Part shown: positions 18,801 through 27,291 of the stretch, one piece after another
How the letters are laid out: every line of letters begins with the position of its first letter
Numbering within the stretch: position 1 is the stretch's first letter
Assembly: GCA_016933575.1 (NCBI GenBank)
Contig: JAFGAR010000203.1
Location: 1-45,701 of the forward strand
Length of the DNA: 45,701 nucleotides
Direction of reading: 5' to 3'
Source of the DNA: Candidatus Thorarchaeota archaeon
GTDB lineage: Archaea > Asgardarchaeota > Thorarchaeia > Thorarchaeales > Thorarchaeaceae
Notes under the pieces: generated by a model
Told to the model about the DNA's origin: nothing
Seen by the model: only the letters and a program-made list of their open reading frames with translations
Databases searched by the model: none
Position numbers and translations under genes: made by a program

Positions 18801-19640
18801 ATGACGAGAATGCCAGTTGTAGCAGGTAGATTTTACGAAGGCAAAGAAGACTTACTCATCAAAAGAATAGAGAGTTGCTTCACAGGGAAGCTGGGTCCTG
18901 GAAGACTACCAGAGGGCTCACCAGGCTCAACCAGAAATCTGAAGGCAGTGATAGCACCCCATGCAGGGTATATGTATTCTGGAATGCCTGCAGCGCATGC
19001 CTATCTAAATCTCTTTGAAGATGGAAAACCAGATCACATCGCAATTCTTGGGCCTAACCACACAGGGATGGGAGCAAGACTAGCAGTGTGCAACCAAGAT
19101 TGGGAAACACCATTAGGAAGGGCATTGTATGATAGTGGACTGGGATCAGCAATAATTGAACAGGATGAATATGCCACTACGGATTGTATTGCCCATAGCA
19201 ATGAGCATTCAATAGAAGTACAAGTTCCATTCTTGCAATACATCTTTGGAAGTGATGTTAGTATAGTCCCTATTTGCGTATCAGACCAATCGTACAGCGT
19301 ATGTGAGTCGATAGGTAAAACAATCGCCAAACTTGGAGAGAGTGAAGATATTCTCGTATTAGCCAGTTCCGATTTCACGCATTTTGAATCTGCAGATAGT
19401 GCAAAGAAGAAAGACAATCAAGCGATGGAATATCTAGAGTATCTAGATCCCAAGGGTTTTCTGAATTTTGTCCAGAGTCATAAAATCAGCATCTGTGGAG
19501 CGGGTCCAATTGCTGCCGCTATGGTCTACGCTAATGAACGAGGAGCAAGTCGATTCAATCTCTTGAAATACACAAATTCAGGAGATGTTTCAGGAGATCA
19601 TAACAGCGTTGTAGCTTATGTTGCTGCATCGATTCTCTAG
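18801..19640 (+). CDS. MEMO1-family protein (AmmeMemoRadiSam protein B)
   Basis: R.PVVAG.FY, PHAGY.YSG, GPNH, EHSIEVQ, ASSDFTH, ICGAGP, NSGD and VAY motifs. Confidence 0.95.
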   Translation: MTRMPVVAGRFYEGKEDLLIKRIESCFTGKLGPGRLPEGSPGSTRNLKAVIAPHAGYMYSGMPAAHAYLNLFEDGKPDHIAILGPNHTGMGARLAVCNQDWETPLGRALYDSGLGSAIIEQDEYATTDCIAHSNEHSIEVQVPFLQYIFGSDVSIVPICVSDQSYSVCESIGKTIAKLGESEDILVLASSDFTHFESADSAKKKDNQAMEYLEYLDPKGFLNFVQSHKISICGAGPIAAAMVYANERGASRFNLLKYTNSGDVSGDHNSVVAYVAASIL

Positions 19641-20008
19641 TTACTTCGTATAGTAATAAAAGAATGATATCCATGTGATAGCTAATGCAACAATCCAGAG
19701 AAGCATGAGAGCAGCGAATGCATCGACCATCACAACTCCAGCTATAACGAGAGTAGCCAAAGCAGGCATAGCAAATAATAGGAAGAAGAAAGCATTTCGT
19801 CCACTTAGGACCATTAATTGAATTGTTCGCTCATCTTTGCGAGCATCAATCTTTGTTGCTCGTAGAAGTATTGTCGTTCCGACTAGTGTGAGCAAAAGAG
19901 TAAGTGACAAATCAACAGCTTTGTCCGGATTGAACCACAAAACAATTGCTACAAAGACTAAGCCAAAAATGACGAATGATGAATTTTGATAATTTGATTA
20001 CGGTTCAT
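19641..20008 (-). pseudogene. DUF2178-like 4-TM membrane protein with an apparent frameshift near its 5' end
   Basis: 'KDERTIQL...GRNAF' motif. The ATG at 20008 (overlapping the HTH gene end) reads MNRNQIIKI, while the hydrophobic SSFVIFGLVFVAIVLWF continues in another frame. One missing T near 19982 reconciles them. Alternatively it is an intact short CDS from TTG 19940. Confidence 0.55.
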
Positions 20009-20249
20009 TGTTATCTCCCATATATTCGAAAATCTCATCTATAGTCATACCAAACTCATGTGCGATTTTGAATGCAAGCTCAAGAGTTGGATTGTACTTC
20101 CCACGCTCAATCGAAATAATTGTTTGACGAGTCACACCCACTCGTAGACCAAGACTCTCTTGAGTCCATTCACTAGGATTAGAGGAATTAGCAACCTTGG
20201 CTTCACGGAGTTCCTTGAGCCTGTTGGTTATCAAGTATATCACACTCAT
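19998..20249 (-). CDS. XRE-family (HTH_3) transcriptional regulator
   Basis: 'NRLKELRE...[35 protein letters not shown]...IDEIF'. Confidence 0.95.
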   Translation of the reverse strand: MSVIYLITNRLKELREAKVANSSNPSEWTQESLGLRVGVTRQTIISIERGKYNPTLELAFKIAHEFGMTIDEIFEYMGDNNEP

Positions 20250-20252
20250 GAT

Positions 20253-20284
20253 GTAAAGTATACTTTACGTAAATTATACTTTAC
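20253..20284. promoter_or_regulatory. Tandem palindromic operator upstream of the XRE regulator
   Basis: Perfect 16-bp palindrome GTAAAGTATACTTTAC (20253-68) directly followed by GTAAATTATACTTTAC (20269-84, one mismatch), 3 bp from the start codon. Confidence 0.8.
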
Positions 20285-20343
20285 ATATTAAGTTTGCGAT
20301 AAATGAAACTATCTGGTAGCCTGCTGTAAATCAGATTGGAATA

Positions 20344-21681
20344 CTATTCAAGTTCACCAGCAATCTCATCAAGAATATCAGCTGTTTCCACACTATTGTC
20401 TGAAACTCTATCGCTGGGCAAACCTACAGCAGCTACGAGTCCGCCTGCAAGGGATACTCCGCCGGCAATGAGTAGTGAGGATATCGCATTCCCATTCAAG
20501 TCGAAGAGATAGCCACTCATTGTTGGACTAACGACATAGGCACTGTTACTTATTGCCCCAAATAAGCCCATTACGCTGCCATATGCTCTTGGATCAGTGA
20601 GATCTGCAATCATAGCCTGAATTGCTGGACCGCGCATTGACATTCCTAGAGAGAGCACTGCCCCAGCAAGATAGAAAGCTATTGTATCATTAGCACTGGC
20701 AAACATTAGCATCGAGAGAGTGCCAATTATTGCACCAAGAACGATAAGCCACTTGCGACCTTTGATATCAGATAATTTACCAAACGCAATATTCCCGAGG
20801 ATCATGAATACTCCAATGACACCAAAGAAGCCACCAATCTCAAGGGGACCTATCCCAAATCTAACAACTGCATCAAGCATGAAGGCAACTTCAAGAACAC
20901 CGATAGCAAACATATTCGCAAACATAGCTACGCCTAATGCACCATAACTCACATAAGCCCGTGAGAGGACCTCTTTAATAGGTACCTTGGGGGGACGCAT
21001 TCCATCACGTCCTACTTTTCGCGCTGGTTCAGTAATGAGTACTGAGAGGAGGAACATCGTCAGTATGGAGGCTAAAGCTGCAATGATGAATGGAAGTCGT
21101 ATACCTAGATATTCTGCTAGTACTCCCCCAACTACAGGACCAACAACAAAACCGACCATATTTCCTGTACTCAAGTATCCCATTGCAGTACCCCGATTAT
21201 CAGGTTTCGTTACATCTGAAACAAATGCATTTGCTGCAGGAAAGAATCCAGCTGATACTGCTCCTTCTAATGCTCTCGCAATTATCATCACAATTGCCTC
21301 TTGGGCAAAAGCATAGATTGCATTGGATATTGCAAAACCGAGTAGTGAATAGACAAGTATTTTCTTGCGACCAACCTTATCAGAGAGCCCTCCTAATGGT
21401 CCCGCAAGAAGAATTCTAGTGAGAGCAAAGGATGCCGCTAATACGCCAAGTTCGATACCACCCATTCCGAGTTCAGTAATATATACTGGAAAAACTGGTG
21501 TGACAAAACCGAAACCAATTTGTAGAATGCTAAGAGAAATAGCCAACATGATGACTTGGTACATACCAGTATGTTCCGTTTCTGAATGCGCCTCATCAAT
21601 AGTATTGCACATTGGTTCAGCTTCGGTTTCAGAATCCATCTGGAAAACACTCTCTCGCTTGCAGTTTTTCAGCTTTTTCAA
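20344..21681 (-). CDS. MFS transporter (DHA1/TetA-like)
   Basis: Motif A 'GGLSDKVGRK' and 'GKLSDIKGRK'; 12 TM segments. The true start is probably downstream of 21681. Confidence 0.92.
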   Translation of the reverse strand: MKKLKNCKRESVFQMDSETEAEPMCNTIDEAHSETEHTGMYQVIMLAISLSILQIGFGFVTPVFPVYITELGMGGIELGVLAASFALTRILLAGPLGGLSDKVGRKKILVYSLLGFAISNAIYAFAQEAIVMIIARALEGAVSAGFFPAANAFVSDVTKPDNRGTAMGYLSTGNMVGFVVGPVVGGVLAEYLGIRLPFIIAALASILTMFLLSVLITEPARKVGRDGMRPPKVPIKEVLSRAYVSYGALGVAMFANMFAIGVLEVAFMLDAVVRFGIGPLEIGGFFGVIGVFMILGNIAFGKLSDIKGRKWLIVLGAIIGTLSMLMFASANDTIAFYLAGAVLSLGMSMRGPAIQAMIADLTDPRAYGSVMGLFGAISNSAYVVSPTMSGYLFDLNGNAISSLLIAGGVSLAGGLVAAVGLPSDRVSDNSVETADILDEIAGELE

Positions 21682-21701
21682 GCTTTGGAATCGGGATGCA
21701 G

Positions 21702-22211
21702 TTATTTATCGATGATAACTTTGCGAACGCCTTTAATTGATGCAAGTGTCTCAATGACTCTTCCAGGAAGTGGATTTTGTGTAATGACTTTCAGACATGG
21801 TTCTTCATAGATTGCAACATCTTCAGCTAGGACCTGACGGATGGGTATCCCATAGCCTGCAATCATAGAAGTGACTTCTGAGAGAATTCCAGGATTTTCT
21901 GGAGACTCAACAAGAATTGTGACAACACCATAACCAAGTACGCGTCTGACTCCCTCAAGAGACGGTCCAGCTGGTCGCAATTCTTTGAAAAACGCACATA
22001 GATCCTTATTCGAGCAAATGTCCTCTGTTGTTGCTCGAACCGTACGTCGGTCAATATTCAGAGCATTACCAAGTGACTTCAGAGGTATCCGGATATCTCC
22101 ACACTTTATCTCACCCGGACCATCTACGCTGAATCCATGTCGTACAATGGCTTGAGCTACAATAAGTCTCTGTGGAGAATCTTTGAAGAAGTCCACAATT
22201 CTTCGCCACAT
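21702..22211 (-). CDS. Archaeal ACT-domain protein, predicted regulator of amino-acid metabolism (COG2150-like)
   Basis: N-terminal 'IPLKSLGNALNIDRRTV' helix motif and C-terminal ACT 'PGILSEVTSMIA..GIPIRQV'. Confidence 0.85.
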   Translation of the reverse strand: MWRRIVDFFKDSPQRLIVAQAIVRHGFSVDGPGEIKCGDIRIPLKSLGNALNIDRRTVRATTEDICSNKDLCAFFKELRPAGPSLEGVRRVLGYGVVTILVESPENPGILSEVTSMIAGYGIPIRQVLAEDVAIYEEPCLKVITQNPLPGRVIETLASIKGVRKVIIDK

Positions 22212-22225
22212 AATAGTGCACCTTG

Positions 22226-22762
22226 TTAGAGTTCCAATAGCTCTTTTTCCATAAGCACTTCATCAATAAAGCCCTTTGGCATATTGAAATGGTTCTTTCT
22301 AACGCCAACTAATCGGTATCCTAGGTTTCTGTAGAGATCTAAAGCTATGGTGTTATCCTCGAATGTGCTGAGTATAATTTTCATGTAGTCTTTTTCCATA
22401 CCAAATTCTTCAGCTGCCAACATGAGTGAACGGCCAACTCCAACATGTCGACATTCATTTACTACAATGATTCCGAGTTTTGCCACGTGTTGTGAAGCAT
22501 TCCACTCTTCAGGTTGGAGAGTGAGATGGCCAGCATATTTCTCGCCTAAGAATGCAATCAGGAGAATATCACGATTATGATTGGTCCTCTCAATCCAATG
22601 TACCCAATCAGAAACATGAGCATTTGCTACAAAGGTGGGCAGCCATCGACCTTCATCAACAACTTTCCGAAATCCTTCATGAAGATTTGTAGCATCGTCA
22701 CGTTGGGCAGGGCGTACGAATATCTTACGACCATCCTTTGATATATACTCCCAAGTTCTCAC
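22226..22762 (-). CDS. GNAT N-acetyltransferase
   Basis: 'LGIIV..ECRHVGVGRSLM' and 'N..A..LYRNLGY'. Confidence 0.9.
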   Translation of the reverse strand: MRTWEYISKDGRKIFVRPAQRDDATNLHEGFRKVVDEGRWLPTFVANAHVSDWVHWIERTNHNRDILLIAFLGEKYAGHLTLQPEEWNASQHVAKLGIIVVNECRHVGVGRSLMLAAEEFGMEKDYMKIILSTFEDNTIALDLYRNLGYRLVGVRKNHFNMPKGFIDEVLMEKELLEL

Positions 22763-22831
22763 CGGAATGCACCTTTTTACGCTTCAGAAAATGGATTGAA
22801 AAAGGGTTGTGGTGTGGCGAAAATCATATGT

Positions 22832-23662
22832 TTACTTCTCTGGCATTAGCATTGGTATATCCACACGTACACCCGGTCTTGGAAGAGAACAGGCATAGAC
22901 CCTATCTAGTTTGATGTACCCTGTGGAGTCATTGAGTTCCATAAATGTACCTTTCATTTGAAAGGCTGCAGGTTCTAGTGTTACTAGAGAGATAGCAACT
23001 CGTTGACCATCATGAAGATTGAAACCACGGCATTTCTCTTCTTTTCTCTTAATGACTATTGTATTAGTTGAAACTGGAAGCATTCCAAATTCAGGAAAAG
23101 CCACAGGATGACCAGCTTCGTCCACAAATGCTAGAACTTTTACAGCAGCCATTTGAGAGAGTGCATCAAACACATTCCTAGGCATGTTTCCTTCAACAGA
23201 GTTTTCAACAGGTACATGTCTCTTTGCTAGTCTAGCCTTCAAGAATGATGAAAGCACAGACAATTTAGATATACTGAATTTTTCGCTTGAAGAGATAGCT
23301 TCTGCTACACCAGCTGCTCTGGCATTTGTGTATTGGTTGTATCTGAAGAGGGGGGTCTGTGCAATGAATTCGTAAATCGGATCGTTTCGATGGAACGACT
23401 CGAATTTGGCTTTGATTAGCCAACTATTGAGGTCCATCGTAAATACTAGAATCGACAATAGATTGTTACCTTGTTCAAGATTCTCTCGACTCTTCACAGT
23501 CATGAAGTCACCATAGACGAGTGTATTATCTTCGTAGATAGTCCAAGTCATGACGAGACTGACATTTGGTTCATTATTGGAGTCCTTTGTTATCATGAAT
23601 TTCGGAGTCATGAAGACCTTGATAGCATCAGTAAGTTCATCATCTAATATTTCATTGGGCAC
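22832..23662 (-). CDS. Tandem pyridoxamine-5'-phosphate-oxidase-like (split-barrel, flavin-binding) protein
   Basis: Two homologous halves: 'PKFMITKDSNNEPNVS...KSRENL' and 'VKVLAFVDEAGHPVAFP...VAISLV...FQMKG'. AGGAGG precedes a GTG at 23662 that overlaps the activase stop (track start 23683). Confidence 0.75.
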   Translation of the reverse strand: MPNEILDDELTDAIKVFMTPKFMITKDSNNEPNVSLVMTWTIYEDNTLVYGDFMTVKSRENLEQGNNLLSILVFTMDLNSWLIKAKFESFHRNDPIYEFIAQTPLFRYNQYTNARAAGVAEAISSSEKFSISKLSVLSSFLKARLAKRHVPVENSVEGNMPRNVFDALSQMAAVKVLAFVDEAGHPVAFPEFGMLPVSTNTIVIKRKEEKCRGFNLHDGQRVAISLVTLEPAAFQMKGTFMELNDSTGYIKLDRVYACSLPRPGVRVDIPMLMPEK

Positions 23663-24629
23663 AGGGTTTTTCCTCCTGTTCATTACTTGGGTAATGGATT
23701 CTAGAATCCTTGGTCATTCCAGACCATGCTACATGGCGTACACCTTGATCTCTAGCAATCCCAGCTAATCGTTCCATTGTTGTTTCAGGAATTAAATCAG
23801 CATCTTTCAAGGGATATACGAGATTGAAGAGTGTGTACTTTTCAGTGCACATTCTATTAAACGCAAGTAAATCATATCTCTCGACATCCGGCATGTTTTC
23901 TACAATGAACTGAGCGATAGAACGAATATTCTCATCATCATCAGTGTGACCAGGAATGATTGGTGTGCGTATCCAAGTAGGTTTTCCACTCCGGGCAACA
24001 ATCCGGGCGTTGCTTAGTACTCGGTCGATAGGGACACCGGTGTATTCTTGATGTCGTATCGGGTCCATTACTTTCAGATCATAAAGAACCATATCTACGT
24101 GAGGAAGTATATCTCGAAGCACCTTCTCACTACAATAGCCACATGTGTCCAAAGCAACATGGACTTCATTAGCTTGGAGACCAGTTGCTACTGCGACAAC
24201 AAAATCCGCCTGATAGGTTGCTTCTCCGCCGGATAGAGTGACTCCACCGTTAGAAGTTGTGAAGAAGACCTTGTCCCTAAGAAGTTCCTCTACGAGGTCA
24301 TCAGAACTCCATATCTTGCCCATAATCTTCATTGCTCCAGTTGGGCAAGCCTCTTCGCATGCCCCACACACTTGACAGAGCTCACGATCAATCTTCATAC
24401 CATCTTCAGTCAATTCTAGTGCAGATTCAGGACATGCCCGAACACATGCTTGGTCTCCAATGCACTTTACTGCATACCACACAACTATTGGATCAGGGTC
24501 GATAGTTTCAATGTTGTGGCACCAAAGACACTTCATCGGGCAACCTTTGAAGAAGACGGTGGTTCTAATGCCAGGACCATCTTCTGTTGAACACCGTTGA
24601 ATATTGGTGACTATCCCTGAAACATTCAT
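23652..24629 (-). CDS. Glycyl-radical enzyme activating enzyme (radical SAM with ferredoxin insert)
   Basis: DGPGIRTTVFFKGCPMKCLWCHN (CX3CX2C); insert with CIGDQAC...CP and CQVCGACEEACP; GGVTLSGGE; shares base 24629 with the GRE stop. Confidence 0.95.
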   Translation of the reverse strand: MNVSGIVTNIQRCSTEDGPGIRTTVFFKGCPMKCLWCHNIETIDPDPIVVWYAVKCIGDQACVRACPESALELTEDGMKIDRELCQVCGACEEACPTGAMKIMGKIWSSDDLVEELLRDKVFFTTSNGGVTLSGGEATYQADFVVAVATGLQANEVHVALDTCGYCSEKVLRDILPHVDMVLYDLKVMDPIRHQEYTGVPIDRVLSNARIVARSGKPTWIRTPIIPGHTDDDENIRSIAQFIVENMPDVERYDLLAFNRMCTEKYTLFNLVYPLKDADLIPETTMERLAGIARDQGVRHVAWSGMTKDSRIHYPSNEQEEKPCAQ

Positions 24630-27031
24630 CAGAGTCTGTGCTCCGTACGTGTAATGATTTCTTCCTGAAGCTCCCTACCAATCTGTGTGAAGAAAGCATT
24701 GTAACCAGTTACTCTTACCATCAGATTGGAATAAGCATCAGGATTTTTCTGAGCATCACGAAGTGTTTTTCCATCTATGACGTTGATTTGAAGGGCTGTA
24801 CCGCCAACCTCACCATAAGCCCGAAGAAGCGCAGCTAGTTTCTCAATATGCTCAGGAGTCTTTACCATTGAGGGACTGAGTGTTATAGTATGACTCGCAC
24901 CATTCGGAACGGTCTCAAGTCCAAGTTTACCAACTGAACGAATTGATGCGGTAGGCCCTCTTGCATCCATACCGGGTACAGCTCCAACTCCTCCAGAGAG
25001 GAATTCGCCTCTTCGTCGTCCATCAGGAGTTGCAGCAGTTAAGGGAGCTAGTGGTACAAAATAATTCCAGGACAGATATCCCGCTCGATATTTACGTCCT
25101 GTATATGGATTTGAGTGAATAAACGCCTCTTCAGCCCAGAACATAGATAGTTCGCGAGCGATACTATCTGCATAATCATCATCATTGCCAAATTTCGGAG
25201 CCTTTGTCCTCATGAGTTGGCGTAATTCTTCGTATCCTTCATAGTTGGATTCAATTGCCTCTATTAGGTCAGACATTGTCACTTTTCCTTCGTCATAGAC
25301 CATCTTCTTTACAGCAGCAACCGAATCTGCAAGGGTAGCAATTCCCATTCCTTCAAGAGTATTGAAGTTCCAAACTGTGCCACCTTGATTGACATCTAGC
25401 CCACGTTTTGCGCATCCATCCATTAGAGCACTAAGATAGGGTGTAGGTTGATATTTCGCTCGAATAGTATCAGCCATATTGCCGCACTCTGTGAGAAGAC
25501 GGATGAGTTCGACAAGTTGTTTCTTTACAGCATCTAAGAATTGCTCATATGTTTCAAAATTCCTAGGATCTCCGGTCTTCAAACCCATTTGTTTGTTGGT
25601 TGCCAAATCCTTCCCGTCGTTCAGGGCAAACTCAACAGCTTTTACCAAGTTCATATTCACGTCTACAGTGTCAGATCGATCATTGCCTTGCATAGTATTC
25701 TCAAGACAACCAACAATGCCATAGTCCCATGCATTTTGACGTGGAACGCCTTGCCAGACTAGTCCCTCAATACTATGTTCGTCAAAATTAAGAAGGAATG
25801 GAGACCCTTGTGCCTTTGCTACCATCTCTGAAACGCGTAAGAGAAAATCTTGAGGAGTATTTCTATGCAATCGGACATTTGGTTTTGGTTCAAGAAGATT
25901 CATTTCTTCAATAACCTCAAGAGCAAGCCAAGTCAGATCATTCGTTAGATCCTCTCCATTCGGTCCGCAACCACTAAGGGTCATCAATTGCCCAAAGCTT
26001 GAGTTAATGCCTTGATTGATTCCAAGGCGTCCTTGATAATCGTAAACATAGTTGTGCTTGATCCAATAACATTCCATGAGCTCTTTTGCTTGGTCCCGTG
26101 TCAGTTCGCCTGATTCAATATCTCTCTTATAGAATGGATACATGTATTGGTCCCAACGACCATGTGAGAGACCAGCACCGGGATATGATTCAGCTGCCAT
26201 TACAAGCATATGAGTAATCCACAATGATTGAAGGGCTTCCCAGAAAGTAGTGGGTGATTCCCAAGGAACTCTCATACATATTTCTGCTATCTTTTCAAGC
26301 TCTACTCTTCGATCAGAATTCGCCTCTTCCTCTGCAGCAAGTTTCTTAGCATGCACAGCATAACGATGACTCAAGTCTCGTGCAGTTTCACAACTAATGA
26401 CAAGGGACTCAATGAATCCACGATGTTCATCAGAGAGGTCCTTCTTTAGAAGCTCTTCAAATTCCTTAACAATTCCTCTGAGTCCAATTCGCATGACTTT
26501 CGCATAATTAGGAATTACATGTCCTGGGACAGCTGATGCAGTACCTATCCCTATTTCATTCAATCTAGTCGCTTCTGCAAAATATTTCTTCATTGCCTTG
26601 TTTCTAGCGGAGGTTTCAGATTTGTTTAGGGAACGTGACAATGCAGTATTGAAGTTGAATCCGACGATGAGCTCACCATCAAGAATGATCACTGGCATAT
26701 AACGTGTCATCACTTCATGGAAGAAGACTGCTCGACGTTTTGGAAGACTTAGTGCCCAATAATTGTCAGGCAAGTCTACTTGCACAGCCATCGATTTTAG
26801 AGTCTGGTTGATGGAAGCAAAGAAGGGATAGATAGCTGGTTCATTTGCCCAGTCATGCACGGAATATACTTCATCCCAGTCAGTACCTGTTGTAAATGAA
26901 TATGGTTCATTAGTCACACTTCGACTATGAAATGAATAGAAGTGATTACGGAGATTCTGAACACGGTCTGAAAGATTGTCAGAAGGGGACCAGATCTTGA
27001 TAGAAGGATGAACAGAGGGATCTATAGTCAT
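24629..27031 (-). CDS. Glycyl radical enzyme of unassigned specificity (PFL2/eliminase-like superfamily)
   Basis: Cys loop GIVGCLEN (Cys442, nt 25706-08) and Gly loop VRVTGYN (Gly776, nt 24704-06); also GRWDQY, KFGNDDD.AD and ATPDGR. Confidence 0.95.
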   Translation of the reverse strand: MTIDPSVHPSIKIWSPSDNLSDRVQNLRNHFYSFHSRSVTNEPYSFTTGTDWDEVYSVHDWANEPAIYPFFASINQTLKSMAVQVDLPDNYWALSLPKRRAVFFHEVMTRYMPVIILDGELIVGFNFNTALSRSLNKSETSARNKAMKKYFAEATRLNEIGIGTASAVPGHVIPNYAKVMRIGLRGIVKEFEELLKKDLSDEHRGFIESLVISCETARDLSHRYAVHAKKLAAEEEANSDRRVELEKIAEICMRVPWESPTTFWEALQSLWITHMLVMAAESYPGAGLSHGRWDQYMYPFYKRDIESGELTRDQAKELMECYWIKHNYVYDYQGRLGINQGINSSFGQLMTLSGCGPNGEDLTNDLTWLALEVIEEMNLLEPKPNVRLHRNTPQDFLLRVSEMVAKAQGSPFLLNFDEHSIEGLVWQGVPRQNAWDYGIVGCLENTMQGNDRSDTVDVNMNLVKAVEFALNDGKDLATNKQMGLKTGDPRNFETYEQFLDAVKKQLVELIRLLTECGNMADTIRAKYQPTPYLSALMDGCAKRGLDVNQGGTVWNFNTLEGMGIATLADSVAAVKKMVYDEGKVTMSDLIEAIESNYEGYEELRQLMRTKAPKFGNDDDYADSIARELSMFWAEEAFIHSNPYTGRKYRAGYLSWNYFVPLAPLTAATPDGRRRGEFLSGGVGAVPGMDARGPTASIRSVGKLGLETVPNGASHTITLSPSMVKTPEHIEKLAALLRAYGEVGGTALQINVIDGKTLRDAQKNPDAYSNLMVRVTGYNAFFTQIGRELQEEIITRTEHRL

Positions 27032-27291
27032 GCGATGAACACCAACTGGAATGAGTGTCGAAGGAGAAGCATGACCATCTTAAAAGCTTGCATATTCTGA
27101 TAAAATTTAGATTATTGATTCAAGTGCATCTGTGTAAGTTTGACCCAGAGTTCCTTGAGGATTTCTTGTTACAATTGAAACGAAACTAACCATTGTACGA
27201 CCTTCTAACTGGCGCTACGCTTAAAAGCAGTGCAACTTCTCTGGCCTCAGACGCCCGACAAGACATAACTGGGTTTTAGGAAGGCACCAGA

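Noticed and set aside
19641-20249. Stop-codon readthrough fusing the XRE regulator to the membrane protein
   Set aside because: The stop is TAA (not a Sec/Pyl codon), and an overlapping ATG plus a one-base indel is a simpler explanation.
24629-27031. Annotation as pyruvate formate-lyase or benzyl/alkylsuccinate synthase
   Set aside because: It has a single Cys in GCLE rather than the PFL Cys-Cys pair, and no small accessory subunits of fumarate-adding enzymes are adjacent.
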